In this document: positions 1-7,361 of the stretch, in pieces | Layout: each line of letters starts with the position of its first letter | Position numbering within the stretch: the stretch's first letter is position 1 | NCBI GenBank assembly: GCA_046757525.1 | Contig: JBHHYI010000138.1 | Span: 1-11,174, forward strand | Reading direction: 5' to 3' | Source: a bacterium | Lineage (GTDB): Bacteria > Zhuqueibacterota > Zhuqueibacteria > Oceanimicrobiales > Oceanimicrobiaceae | DNA: 11,174 bases | Made by a program: the position numbers and the translations under genes | Notes under the pieces: generated by a model | Database searches by the model: none | The model's input: only the letters and a program-made list of their open reading frames with translations | What the model was told of the DNA's origin: nothing

Positions 1-57
1 TTGTGCAAACGCTCCTCCGGAGCGGAACCATTGTTCTTTTTCTTTGAGCACAAAGCT

Positions 58-159
58 AGTCGTCCTGAGTAGTCCCGATCGCTTTTGGGTCGGGACATAT
101 CGAAGCCCGTCACCCCTCGATACGGTCGCTTGAGAAGCAGTGACCTACTCGGGATGACT
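58..159 (+). repeat. Palindromic REP/MITE-like element folding as a four-way (cloverleaf) junction
   Basis: Outer stem AGTCGTCCTGAGTAG (58-72) pairs with CTACTCGGGATGACT (145-159) with two G-T wobbles. Inner hairpins: GTCCCGATC (72-80)/GGTCGGGAC (88-96), TATCGA (98-103)/TCGATA (117-122), GGTCGCT (124-130)/AGTGACC (139-145). Intergenic. Repeat status is inferred because only one copy is in the window. Confidence 0.6.
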
Positions 160-306
160 CGCACAGTGCTTACCCGTAACAAGATGCTTCCTGCCTGATT
201 GGGCCGCCTATGGCCGTTGCACATGCAAAGCAACAAATCTTGTGTTGTGCTCACTTCTTCAGAAGCGACACGAGGGGTTTAGCCAGGAGAGACTTCTTGC
301 AAGCCA

Positions 307-666
307 CTAACGGTCAGTGCGCAGAATGCGTATCAGTTTTAGCAGCTTGAAGAGGTTTCCGGAAAGTTTGATTCTACCGGTGAGTAGATATTTCAGATAG
401 TTTTCACCCAGGGCAATGTCGAGCAAGGTGCTCAGGTCTCCGCGGACGGTTGCCGTTATTTTGCCTCGGCCCCCCTGATGGATTGCAATGGAGTCACCGC
501 GAAAATCCAGGGTGATTTCCATGCCACTTGCGTCGAACAAAAAAGCGCCGTGCAACCGCCTGGCCAGTACCTGATGTCTGGTATTTGACAAATTGTTGCG
601 CAAGAGATCGCGAATGAAATAGCCCACTAAATTCATTCGCTCTGGTTCGGAAAAATCGACTACCAT
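307..666 (-). CDS. SCP2 sterol/lipid-binding domain-like protein (~119 aa)
   Basis: C-terminal pattern 'TATVRGDLSTLLDIALGE..LKYLLTGRIKLSGNLFKLLKL' resembles the SCP2 signature (..G+++i.Gd...l.kl). ATG at 666 lies 8 nt past the upstream stop at 675, with AAGGAG further upstream. The ORF-track start at 714 overlaps the epimerase and is less likely. Confidence 0.65.
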   Translation of the reverse strand: MVVDFSEPERMNLVGYFIRDLLRNNLSNTRHQVLARRLHGAFLFDASGMEITLDFRGDSIAIHQGGRGKITATVRGDLSTLLDIALGENYLKYLLTGRIKLSGNLFKLLKLIRILRTDR

Positions 667-674
667 AGGGTTTT

Positions 675-1667
675 CTATTTTCTCTCCTTGATGAAATGGT
701 ATTCGCGCAACCATTCGAAGGTTTTTTTGAACGACTCTGCCAGCGGTGTGGTGGCGTAGCCAAGCTCTCTTTTGGCTTTTTCGGAGCTCACGTAGTGGGT
801 GAGTCTCGACATGCGGGCCAGTCGGGCCGAGATTTGCGGATTGAAGCGAAACAGTTTGCCCAGTCCCTCGGCCATGAGGCCCGCGGAAAACATCACCCAG
901 AAAGGTATTCTGAACCGGGGCGGCTTTTGCCCCAGAAACTCATTGGCCATAGACATGAATTCTTTGTAGGTCAGATTCTGGTTGGAAAGAATGTAGCGCT
1001 GCCCGGCTTGCCCTTTCTCCATGGCCAGAATTTGTCCCTGCACCACGTCTGCCACATCCACCACGCTCAAGCCGCCACCAATGTAAAACCAAAGCTTCTT
1101 CTGCGCTGCCAGAATCAGCAATCTGTTCAGACCGGGCCTTTTATCCCAGGGACCAAACACGTAGCCCGGGTTGACCACGACCACGGGCAGGCCCTTGCGG
1201 CCGTATTCCAATACAACCTCTTCCCCAGCCCTTTTGGTGTCGATGTAAGGCAGACGGAAGCGCCCCAGGTTGAAGGTGGTCTCTTCGGTGGCGGGCTGCT
1301 GTTCCGTACCCCAACCGATGGCCGCAATCGAGGAGGTGTACACCATCTTTTCGATTCCCTCTTCCAGTGCTGCCCTGGCCAGGTTTTCGCTGCCCAACAC
1401 ATTGGTTCTTTGAAAGCGGTCTCTTTCAAAGGGAGCGAGTTTTAACAACGCCGCCAGATGATAGACCTGCTTGCATCCTCTGACCGCCTGGCGTACGGTG
1501 TCGTAGTCGCGCACATCGCCAATGTGCTCCTCCAGGGGCAGGCCTTCTAAGCCCAACCGGTTGCTCCACTCGCGCCGCAGAATTCGCACCGATTCGCCCC
1601 GGGCAGTGAGTCTTCTGACCAGATTTGTCCCGATAAATCCGGTGGCGCCAGTCACTAAGATCGACAT
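675..1667 (-). CDS. NAD-dependent epimerase/dehydratase, extended SDR (HpnA / dihydroflavonol-4-reductase-like)
   Basis: N-terminal Rossmann motif 'ILVTGATGFIG', then 'VYHLAA', 'YTSS', catalytic YxxxK ('YIDTK'), 'VVNPGYVFGPWD', 'VDVADVVQG' and the C-terminal 'SSEKAKRELGY'. Confidence 0.9.
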   Translation of the reverse strand: MSILVTGATGFIGTNLVRRLTARGESVRILRREWSNRLGLEGLPLEEHIGDVRDYDTVRQAVRGCKQVYHLAALLKLAPFERDRFQRTNVLGSENLARAALEEGIEKMVYTSSIAAIGWGTEQQPATEETTFNLGRFRLPYIDTKRAGEEVVLEYGRKGLPVVVVNPGYVFGPWDKRPGLNRLLILAAQKKLWFYIGGGLSVVDVADVVQGQILAMEKGQAGQRYILSNQNLTYKEFMSMANEFLGQKPPRFRIPFWVMFSAGLMAEGLGKLFRFNPQISARLARMSRLTHYVSSEKAKRELGYATTPLAESFKKTFEWLREYHFIKERK

Positions 1668-1787
1668 TGACGAAACAAGTTAATGTGTGAGTAAAGAATC
1701 ATTCGTAAGGTTTTCTAAAAGCAATCTAAAACGCTGACCATGCCAGAGGAAACTCCTCGTCGAGTTTTCACGTCCCTTACGTGGCTG

Positions 1788-2910
1788 TTATATTTCCTTA
1801 AGGAGCGCTGCCCAGGCTCTTCTGTGTTTAATCGAGGATTTAGAGGCATCCAGTTCTGGTCCAATTCTGCTAATGAAATCAACACGCCCGCGTTCACCCA
1901 ACAATATGAGAATTCCCCTGGTAAAATCAGAAAGATTTGAAAAGATTTGAAATGTAGATGTTTTGTCCGCTGTTAAATTCCTGGATGATCTTCTTGTTTA
2001 TCGCATCATGACTTTCCGGCTCGATGCCTTGTTGTGCCATAAAAAGGATTTCTTTTATTTGATTTGCCCTTGCTACATCAACCTTCGCATCTAATTGCGT
2101 TAAGTTTAAGCTTCTATCCTTTACTTCAACTAAGAGAACTATTTCGTTATTCAACCAGCATTCAATGTCAGCCACCATACCTGAGGAGGCATCCGGGGCA
2201 TTGACTTTTTCTCTCCTTACTTCATCGAATAGGCTGAATTTATCTGAAATTGTTCTGAATAGTGAAGTCGCGACCGCTTCCAATCTGTCACCGCCAGACC
2301 GTTCTGCAATAAATGCATCTATTAGATGAAGGGTTTTATCAAGACTAATTCTGCTTGGCGTGGGATATACAACAACTACGTCTGCGAGGAGTTTGTATAT
2401 TTCGAGCAGGATTTGATCAAAAACGCTCCTCGTGAAATCCGGGTCGTTTTTGTGCTCGACTGTGCTTAAAACATCGATTAATCTGTGCCAGTCCTTCTTG
2501 TTTTTCTGTCTGGCTCTGTTAGCTTTGGATACCGAAGTACATCGTAGTGGATTGTTGACATAAGGTTCGTTTGAACCACCCAAAACATTATGATTTTCTT
2601 TATCAAATGGAACGATGACCTGATGTGCAATGGTCCGTGCATCAAATGATCCCTCACTTTCATCAGCAGCCTGCAAGGATCGACAATCCAAGCTGTGATC
2701 AACGGACTTACTTAAGAGTTGAGTCGGCAAAACGTATCGATAGGATTTTGTGTTGCTTGTGAGACAGGCCCTTATGTTTTCCTTGAGAAGGACATATTCT
2801 TGTTCTAAGTGTTCGACTGTCGGCTCACCTTCAATAATTGTGAGAGTGTGATTGCATCTTTCTTGTAGATATTTTTGGCACTTGTGCGAAAGTGATAAGT
2901 CATCAGCCAT
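1788..2910 (-). pseudogene. Type II restriction endonuclease, SacI-family-like; frameshifted near the 3' end by a 10-bp tandem duplication (327 aa as sequenced, 370 aa if corrected)
   Basis: PD-(D/E)xK-like core 'GMVADIECW...LLVEVKDR'. N-terminal motifs 'YRYVLPTQLL', 'FDARTIAHQVIVPF' and 'LGGSNEPYVNNPLR' are recalled as typical of SacI-family nucleases. ATG is 5 nt after the MTase stop. AAAGATTTGA is duplicated at 1931-1940 and 1941-1950; deleting one copy gives an open frame to TAA at 1790-1788. Confidence 0.8.
1931..1952. repeat. 10-bp tandem duplication (AAAGATTTGA x2, plus AA)
   Basis: Directly visible at 1931-1952: aaagatttga aaagatttga aa. Confidence 0.95.
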
Positions 2911-2915
2911 GTTGA

Positions 2916-3749
2916 TCAGTAGTTAGTCCAAAGGATCTCAGTTCGGTCCGATTTGATGGACAATGCTTTTTTAGTCTTGGCAACATGGATGTTCCAATCT
3001 TTATATAACTCATCCATTAATTCACATCTGTATCCTGAAATTGCGACTTTACCTTTCACGTTTTTCAGGACTTCTGCAAGCTTGATGTGCGTTAAGTCAG
3101 TCATTTCATATTTGTAAGCGTTCTTGTCACCTCGAGACTCGTGGGGATAAGGAGGATCACAGTAGAATAATGTATCCGGGCTGTCATACCTTTTAATTAC
3201 CTTGAACGCATCATCATTTTCAATCTGTACTCTCAGCAGCCTTGAGGCAATATACTCCAAACCTTCAACGCTTCCCAACCATCGTGAAACCGCGCCTGCC
3301 ATTCCAGCTCTACTCGTGGACAGACAACTAGCCCACCTTCCATTTGAAGCGGTCTGTGCTAAGCCCGTTCTAACCTGTCGAGCACGTATGAAAAACCTCC
3401 TGGCTTTTTCGAGATCAGAAAGTTTCTGAGCACTTTCACTGGATCCAATCGCCAGTTGGAACTCCTCACGTGAGAAAGGCGTCATTCCGATAGCGTAAAG
3501 TAATTCCTCTTTTTGGTCCCTCAAGACCCTAAAAAAGTTCACCACTTCGCCATCAATGTCATTATAAGTCTCCACATGCGAAGGGTCTCTATTCAGCAAG
3601 ACAGCGGCGGAGCCACCAAAGAGCTCACAGTAGTGGTAAGTTTTGGGCAGCAATGGCAGTAACCAGTCCAGATGGCTGTATTTCCCTCCGTACCACCCAA
3701 AGGCTATTAATTTCCTTTTCCCTTTTGCGCGGTTCTTGACCATTGACAT
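2916..3749 (-). CDS. DNA adenine-N6 methyltransferase, D12 class (Dam/EcoRV-like alpha group), partner of the downstream endonuclease
   Basis: Motif X 'FGWYGGKY', motif I 'YCELFGGSAAV', motif II 'YNDID', motif IV 'FYCDPPY', late motifs 'ISGY' and 'EILWTNY'. SD-like AGGTGA at 3758-3753. Alternative start ATG at 3743. Confidence 0.93.
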   Translation of the reverse strand: MSMVKNRAKGKRKLIAFGWYGGKYSHLDWLLPLLPKTYHYCELFGGSAAVLLNRDPSHVETYNDIDGEVVNFFRVLRDQKEELLYAIGMTPFSREEFQLAIGSSESAQKLSDLEKARRFFIRARQVRTGLAQTASNGRWASCLSTSRAGMAGAVSRWLGSVEGLEYIASRLLRVQIENDDAFKVIKRYDSPDTLFYCDPPYPHESRGDKNAYKYEMTDLTHIKLAEVLKNVKGKVAISGYRCELMDELYKDWNIHVAKTKKALSIKSDRTEILWTNY

Positions 3750-3760
3750 GATTCACCTAA

Positions 3761-3847
3761 CTATTTAAGAAATCTTTTTCTAAAATTTATCATACTAAAA
3801 AAAATACTTCGAGTAAAGAAAAATTGTTTAGATCCAAAAACAACCAC
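3761..3847 (-). CDS. Putative 28-aa small ORF (leader peptide or gene remnant) MVVFGSKQFFFTRSIFFSMINFRKRFLK
   Basis: TAAGGAGG (3862-3855), 7-nt spacer, GTG at 3847, open to TAG at 3763-3761. No recognisable homology. Confidence 0.3.
   Translation of the reverse strand: MVVFGSKQFFFTRSIFFSMINFRKRFLK
3789..3817 (-). promoter_or_regulatory. Putative sigma70 promoter of the R-M cassette
   Basis: Minus strand TTTACT (3817-3812), 17-bp spacer, TATGAT (3794-3789), about 40 nt upstream of the MTase ATG. Confidence 0.55.
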
Positions 3848-3919
3848 CCCTGTGCCTCCTTAATTAAACGCAAAAAAGGCTGGTACAAACGAAACGTTGG
3901 CGTTACACAATCTGTGGGT

Positions 3920-3948
3920 AAATTAAGCACCACGGATTTTAGAGTCAA
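3920..3948 (-). promoter_or_regulatory. Second putative sigma70 promoter, upstream of a perfect Shine-Dalgarno
   Basis: Minus strand TTGACT (3948-3943), 17-bp spacer, TAATTT (3925-3920). TAAGGAGG follows at 3862-3855. Confidence 0.5.
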
Positions 3949-4065
3949 GGCTTTTGAGTCGTCGTTGGTTCTAAGAAGACCATTTCCGGCAGGAGCAACA
4001 AGAGTTCTCTGGAACGCCAGGGCGCTTGCTTGATGCCGGGTTTTGGGAAAGGGCAGATGAGGGGA

Positions 4066-5631
4066 TCAAAAACCCAGGCGGAGGTCGCCTTCAAACCAGA
4101 GGCCCAGGATAAAACTAAACTCCGAATTGTTGCGGCCCAACTGGTTCTCCACGTTGTCCACATTCCGAAATTTGCCGGAGAGATTGAATCTGAGATTGGC
4201 GGAAGGATGGTAAACAATTTGAAACTTGCCGATATTGCTCGTTTCTACCACGCCGGTTGGGAACGGTTCCGAATAACCCTGCTCCACGGTAAATTGCAGC
4301 CAGGGCTGGTCGAATTTGTTTTGAATGCGGCCTTCGCCTCGGCGAATGTGCTCGTAGCCGACGCGGACCTGCAATCCGGGCAGCAACCACTGGCTCAGGT
4401 TGAGGTCCCAGCGGTCGAAATCGTTGCCGAGAAAATGGCCGATGGGTCGGCCTCGGTGCAGGAATTTCTCCCAGGGGTCCTGGGTATTGTAAGTGCGATT
4501 AGTGACGCGGGAATATTCGCCAATGAAACGCGTGCCACTCATCTGCAACGGGTCCGTGATTTGCAGGCCCAGAATAAATCCCAATTCGTTGGGTTCCAGA
4601 TCCGCCGGTTTGGAATGTTCCAGTTGAATGTCGTCGATGAGGAGCTCGCCGTACACACCGAGGTTTTGTACAGGATAAAGGGCAAAGTCTATTGAGCCCA
4701 AGGTGTTGCCGGTGACAGGTCCGTTCAACTGCACGCCGTGGTAAAAGATAAACGGGTTCAGGAAGGCCAACTGCCAGTTGCTGGCTGGCCCGCCGTAGAG
4801 GATGGATTCCGTCAGACCAAAATAGAAGCGATGGAACAGTTTGAATTCCAGGCGGTGTGCCGCCAGAAATCGATTGGCCCGCACCAGGGTGCCCGACGAG
4901 GTGTCCGGAACCATCATCGGATCCAGGCTGGAGGTGAAAAAGGAAAACTTGAAATATTTGTGGGTGTAGCTGGCCCAGAGTTGGTCCATGGGACGGGCAA
5001 AATCCGAAATCATCAGCGTGGCAGAATGGCCGGAGCCAAATCGAACGAAATCACGCCCCAACTTGACCTCAAAGTTCTTGAAACCAGTAGTGATGTAGGC
5101 TTGTTCGGTAAACGAAGCGATGTCACCCTGACGCTTGCCAATATAGGTTGAGTCTTCGTCCAAACGATTGTCGAACACAATGCCGTTGTAGAGCTCCACT
5201 CTGTTGGCAATGGCAATGCTTGCTTTGCTGCGCAGGCGGAAATGGCCGACGCTTCGCTCATCATTGCGGTCGAACTCCTGAATGAAATAGGTGCCCACGC
5301 TGGCACGATTGCTCTGACTTTTTTGCAACAGGCGTTGCATTTCCGGTGCAAACTCAGCATGCAAGCGATCGAAAAGCCAGCAATCGGCCTTGCTCAGGTG
5401 CACGGCGCCGTTTTGTCGACGTTGGTCCAATTTAATCAAGTATTCGGCGATTTGCCCTCGGGTGAAAGGCCGGTTTAGAATGTAGAAATCCTCGAAGTAG
5501 CCGTGAACGCGCAGTTCGTCGATGTAGTCGTAGGCCCAGTGGAATGTGGGCAGGGTTTCGCGGATGCCGGCAAAAACAGTGGCGGACCCAAGCAATCCGG
5601 TCAACAAGATCAGTTTAGCCAGTCTCAACAT
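4066..5631 (-). CDS. Capsule assembly Wzi-family outer-membrane beta-barrel protein with an N-terminal SLH-like helical segment
   Basis: Signal peptide 'MLRLAKLILLTGLLGSATVFA'. SLH-like 'HWAYDYIDEL..HG......RPFTRGQIA'. Wzi-family-like motifs 'LGRDFVRFGSG...TLMISD', 'HRLE', 'GLTESILYGG', 'FLNPF', 'YGELLIDD', 'IGHFLGND'. C-terminal Phe typical of OMPs. Lies next to a wcaJ-like gene. Confidence 0.75.
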   Translation of the reverse strand: MLRLAKLILLTGLLGSATVFAGIRETLPTFHWAYDYIDELRVHGYFEDFYILNRPFTRGQIAEYLIKLDQRRQNGAVHLSKADCWLFDRLHAEFAPEMQRLLQKSQSNRASVGTYFIQEFDRNDERSVGHFRLRSKASIAIANRVELYNGIVFDNRLDEDSTYIGKRQGDIASFTEQAYITTGFKNFEVKLGRDFVRFGSGHSATLMISDFARPMDQLWASYTHKYFKFSFFTSSLDPMMVPDTSSGTLVRANRFLAAHRLEFKLFHRFYFGLTESILYGGPASNWQLAFLNPFIFYHGVQLNGPVTGNTLGSIDFALYPVQNLGVYGELLIDDIQLEHSKPADLEPNELGFILGLQITDPLQMSGTRFIGEYSRVTNRTYNTQDPWEKFLHRGRPIGHFLGNDFDRWDLNLSQWLLPGLQVRVGYEHIRRGEGRIQNKFDQPWLQFTVEQGYSEPFPTGVVETSNIGKFQIVYHPSANLRFNLSGKFRNVDNVENQLGRNNSEFSFILGLWFEGDLRLGF

Positions 5632-5957
5632 GAGTTCCTTCCCTGGAATGCTGCTGTTAAAGCAGACGTTAATGACGACTTGAATGTACTATTTTTCGCT
5701 CGACGATGCAAGTTTAAACTCTTTAACAAATCTTTCGGTCCCGATTGCCCGGTGCAGACGGTCCTGTCAGTGTGGGGTGTTCGAACCCGGTTTCCATTTG
5801 CAGTTTTCTCAAAATATGAAACTGGAGGCTGTCTCCGGACCTCCACCCGGTTTGCGTTATTCCTGACGCTGACACGGTTCATTCTCAATTAGCCAAGGAC
5901 TGCTCTATTTGATTAGAATACAATTTGAGAAGGGTTGTTACGAATTGGGTAGGCAAA

Positions 5958-7361
5958 TCAATAAGCGTTTTTATTCACAAGCCCCTTTGAGAGCGTCTTG
6001 ATGATGATTTTGAAATCCAACCACATGGACCAGTTTTCCAGATAGAACAGGTCGTGCTCCAGGCGTTTTTTCACACACGTGTCGCCGCGCCAACCATTTA
6101 CCTGGGCCAGTCCCGTGATGCCCGTTCTGATTTGATGTCGCACCATGTATTTGGGAATGCTGCTCTTAAAGCGTTTGGCAAAAAAAGGCCTTTCTGGACG
6201 CGGGCCGACCACGCTCATTTCACCTTTTAACACGTTCAAGAACTGGGGCAGTTCGTCCAGGCTGGATTTTCTCAGGAATTTGCCAAAGGCGGTCCGTCGG
6301 GTGTCGGTGGTCGTGGTCCAAACGGTGTCGCTTTCCTGTTTTGGGACCACACGCATGGTGCGAAACTTGTACATGAGGAATGATTTTCTGTTCTTGCCCA
6401 CACGTTCCTGTTTAAAAAAGACCGGTCCTGGTGAGGTGAGTTTAATGACAATGGCAATGACGGCTGTAAGAGGCAACGTCAAGGTTAGCACCAGGAGGGA
6501 AAACAGGATGTCGAAGACGCGTTTGAGAATCTTGTAGGTCCAGGTGTCCACAGGCGTATTCCTCACTTTTACCAGCGGCAGGCCGTTAAAGTCGATCACC
6601 TTGGTGACGGGTTGAACAAATTGGAAGAGATCGGGAACAATGTCGGTTTCGATTCCCTCTTCTTCACAAGTTGCAACAATTCTGTATATTTTCTTGTGCG
6701 CTTTGTTTGGCAATGCGATGACGACCCGGTCTACGATTCTTGCTTCTAACATGCTTCGCAACTTTGAGGTTCTGCCCAGAATCGACAGGCCGTAGTCCCT
6801 GTATTTGCCATTGGTGAAAATGTCATCGAGGAAGCCAAGGACTTCATAGCCGTAGGAGGCATGTTCTTTGAAGGATTGGGCCACTCTGAGTCCAACTTCT
6901 CCTGCGCCCACGATCAACACTCTCCGTTTATTAAATCCCCTCTTCCGTAACCATTTTAGAGTGGCACGAATGAGAATTCGACTGCCACTGAGCAACAGGA
7001 AGTTCACCACGCCGAACAGCATGAAGGTGAGGCGTGAGTGGGAGTATTCCCGGTAGAAAAAAGACACCGAGCACAAGACCAGAAATCCCAGCAGATTGCC
7101 AAAAAACAGTGGTCTGGCATCCACAAAGATGGAACCGGTGCGTCGCGGCTGATAGAGCTTTAGGGCAGCAAAAATGACCAACCACACCGGAACAACCATG
7201 AGGAAAAATGCTCGGTATTTGCTAAAGGGCGGAATCAAGATGATTTCGAAAATATTGGAGTAGAATCTCAAATAGAAAGCAATGAGGTAGGACGATGCCA
7301 CCACGACCGCATCGTAGGCAACCAATGAAAGCAAGAATATTCTCGAATATTTTTTGAGCAT
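5958..7361 (-). CDS. wcaJ: Undecaprenyl-phosphate glucose phosphotransferase (WcaJ/GumD-type initiating sugar transferase)
   Basis: Four N-terminal TM segments, a Rossmann-like 'VLIVGAGEVG' middle domain, and a bacterial sugar transferase domain: 'KRVFDI', 'SPGPVFFKQERVG', 'KFRTM', 'FLRKSSLDELPQFLNVLKGEMSVVGPRPE', 'GITGLAQVNGWRG', 'DLFYLENWSMWLDFKII'. Confidence 0.92.
   Translation of the reverse strand: MLKKYSRIFLLSLVAYDAVVVASSYLIAFYLRFYSNIFEIILIPPFSKYRAFFLMVVPVWLVIFAALKLYQPRRTGSIFVDARPLFFGNLLGFLVLCSVSFFYREYSHSRLTFMLFGVVNFLLLSGSRILIRATLKWLRKRGFNKRRVLIVGAGEVGLRVAQSFKEHASYGYEVLGFLDDIFTNGKYRDYGLSILGRTSKLRSMLEARIVDRVVIALPNKAHKKIYRIVATCEEEGIETDIVPDLFQFVQPVTKVIDFNGLPLVKVRNTPVDTWTYKILKRVFDILFSLLVLTLTLPLTAVIAIVIKLTSPGPVFFKQERVGKNRKSFLMYKFRTMRVVPKQESDTVWTTTTDTRRTAFGKFLRKSSLDELPQFLNVLKGEMSVVGPRPERPFFAKRFKSSIPKYMVRHQIRTGITGLAQVNGWRGDTCVKKRLEHDLFYLENWSMWLDFKIIIKTLSKGLVNKNAY

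Noticed and set aside
58..159. tRNA or CRISPR interpretation of the cloverleaf
   Set aside because: No D/T-loop consensus or CCA end, and no repeat-spacer periodicity anywhere in the window.
696..1445. 249-aa + strand ORF
   Set aside because: Antisense shadow of the well-supported epimerase, with no recognisable motifs.
1715..1940. 60-aa (-) and 66-aa (+) ORFs between the nuclease and the epimerase
   Set aside because: The region is better explained as the frameshifted 3' end of the nuclease in another frame.
3612..3632. MTase motif I reads ELF rather than the common EPF, a possible inactivating change
   Set aside because: Leu at this position occurs in active D12-class enzymes, and all other motifs are intact.
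3811..3847. Idea that the 28-aa ORF is the original N-terminus of the epimerase split by the R-M insertion
   Set aside because: Joining at the GAGTAAAGAA repeats leaves the epimerase ATG (1667) out of frame with GTG 3847.
4030..5478. Series of + strand ORFs (221, 137 and 78 aa) opposite the wzi-like gene
   Set aside because: Antisense shadows of a coding strand, with no motifs or RBS support.
5503..5892. ORFs of 60-129 aa over the wzi-wcaJ spacer
   Set aside because: Mutually overlapping, atypical composition and no recognisable domain.
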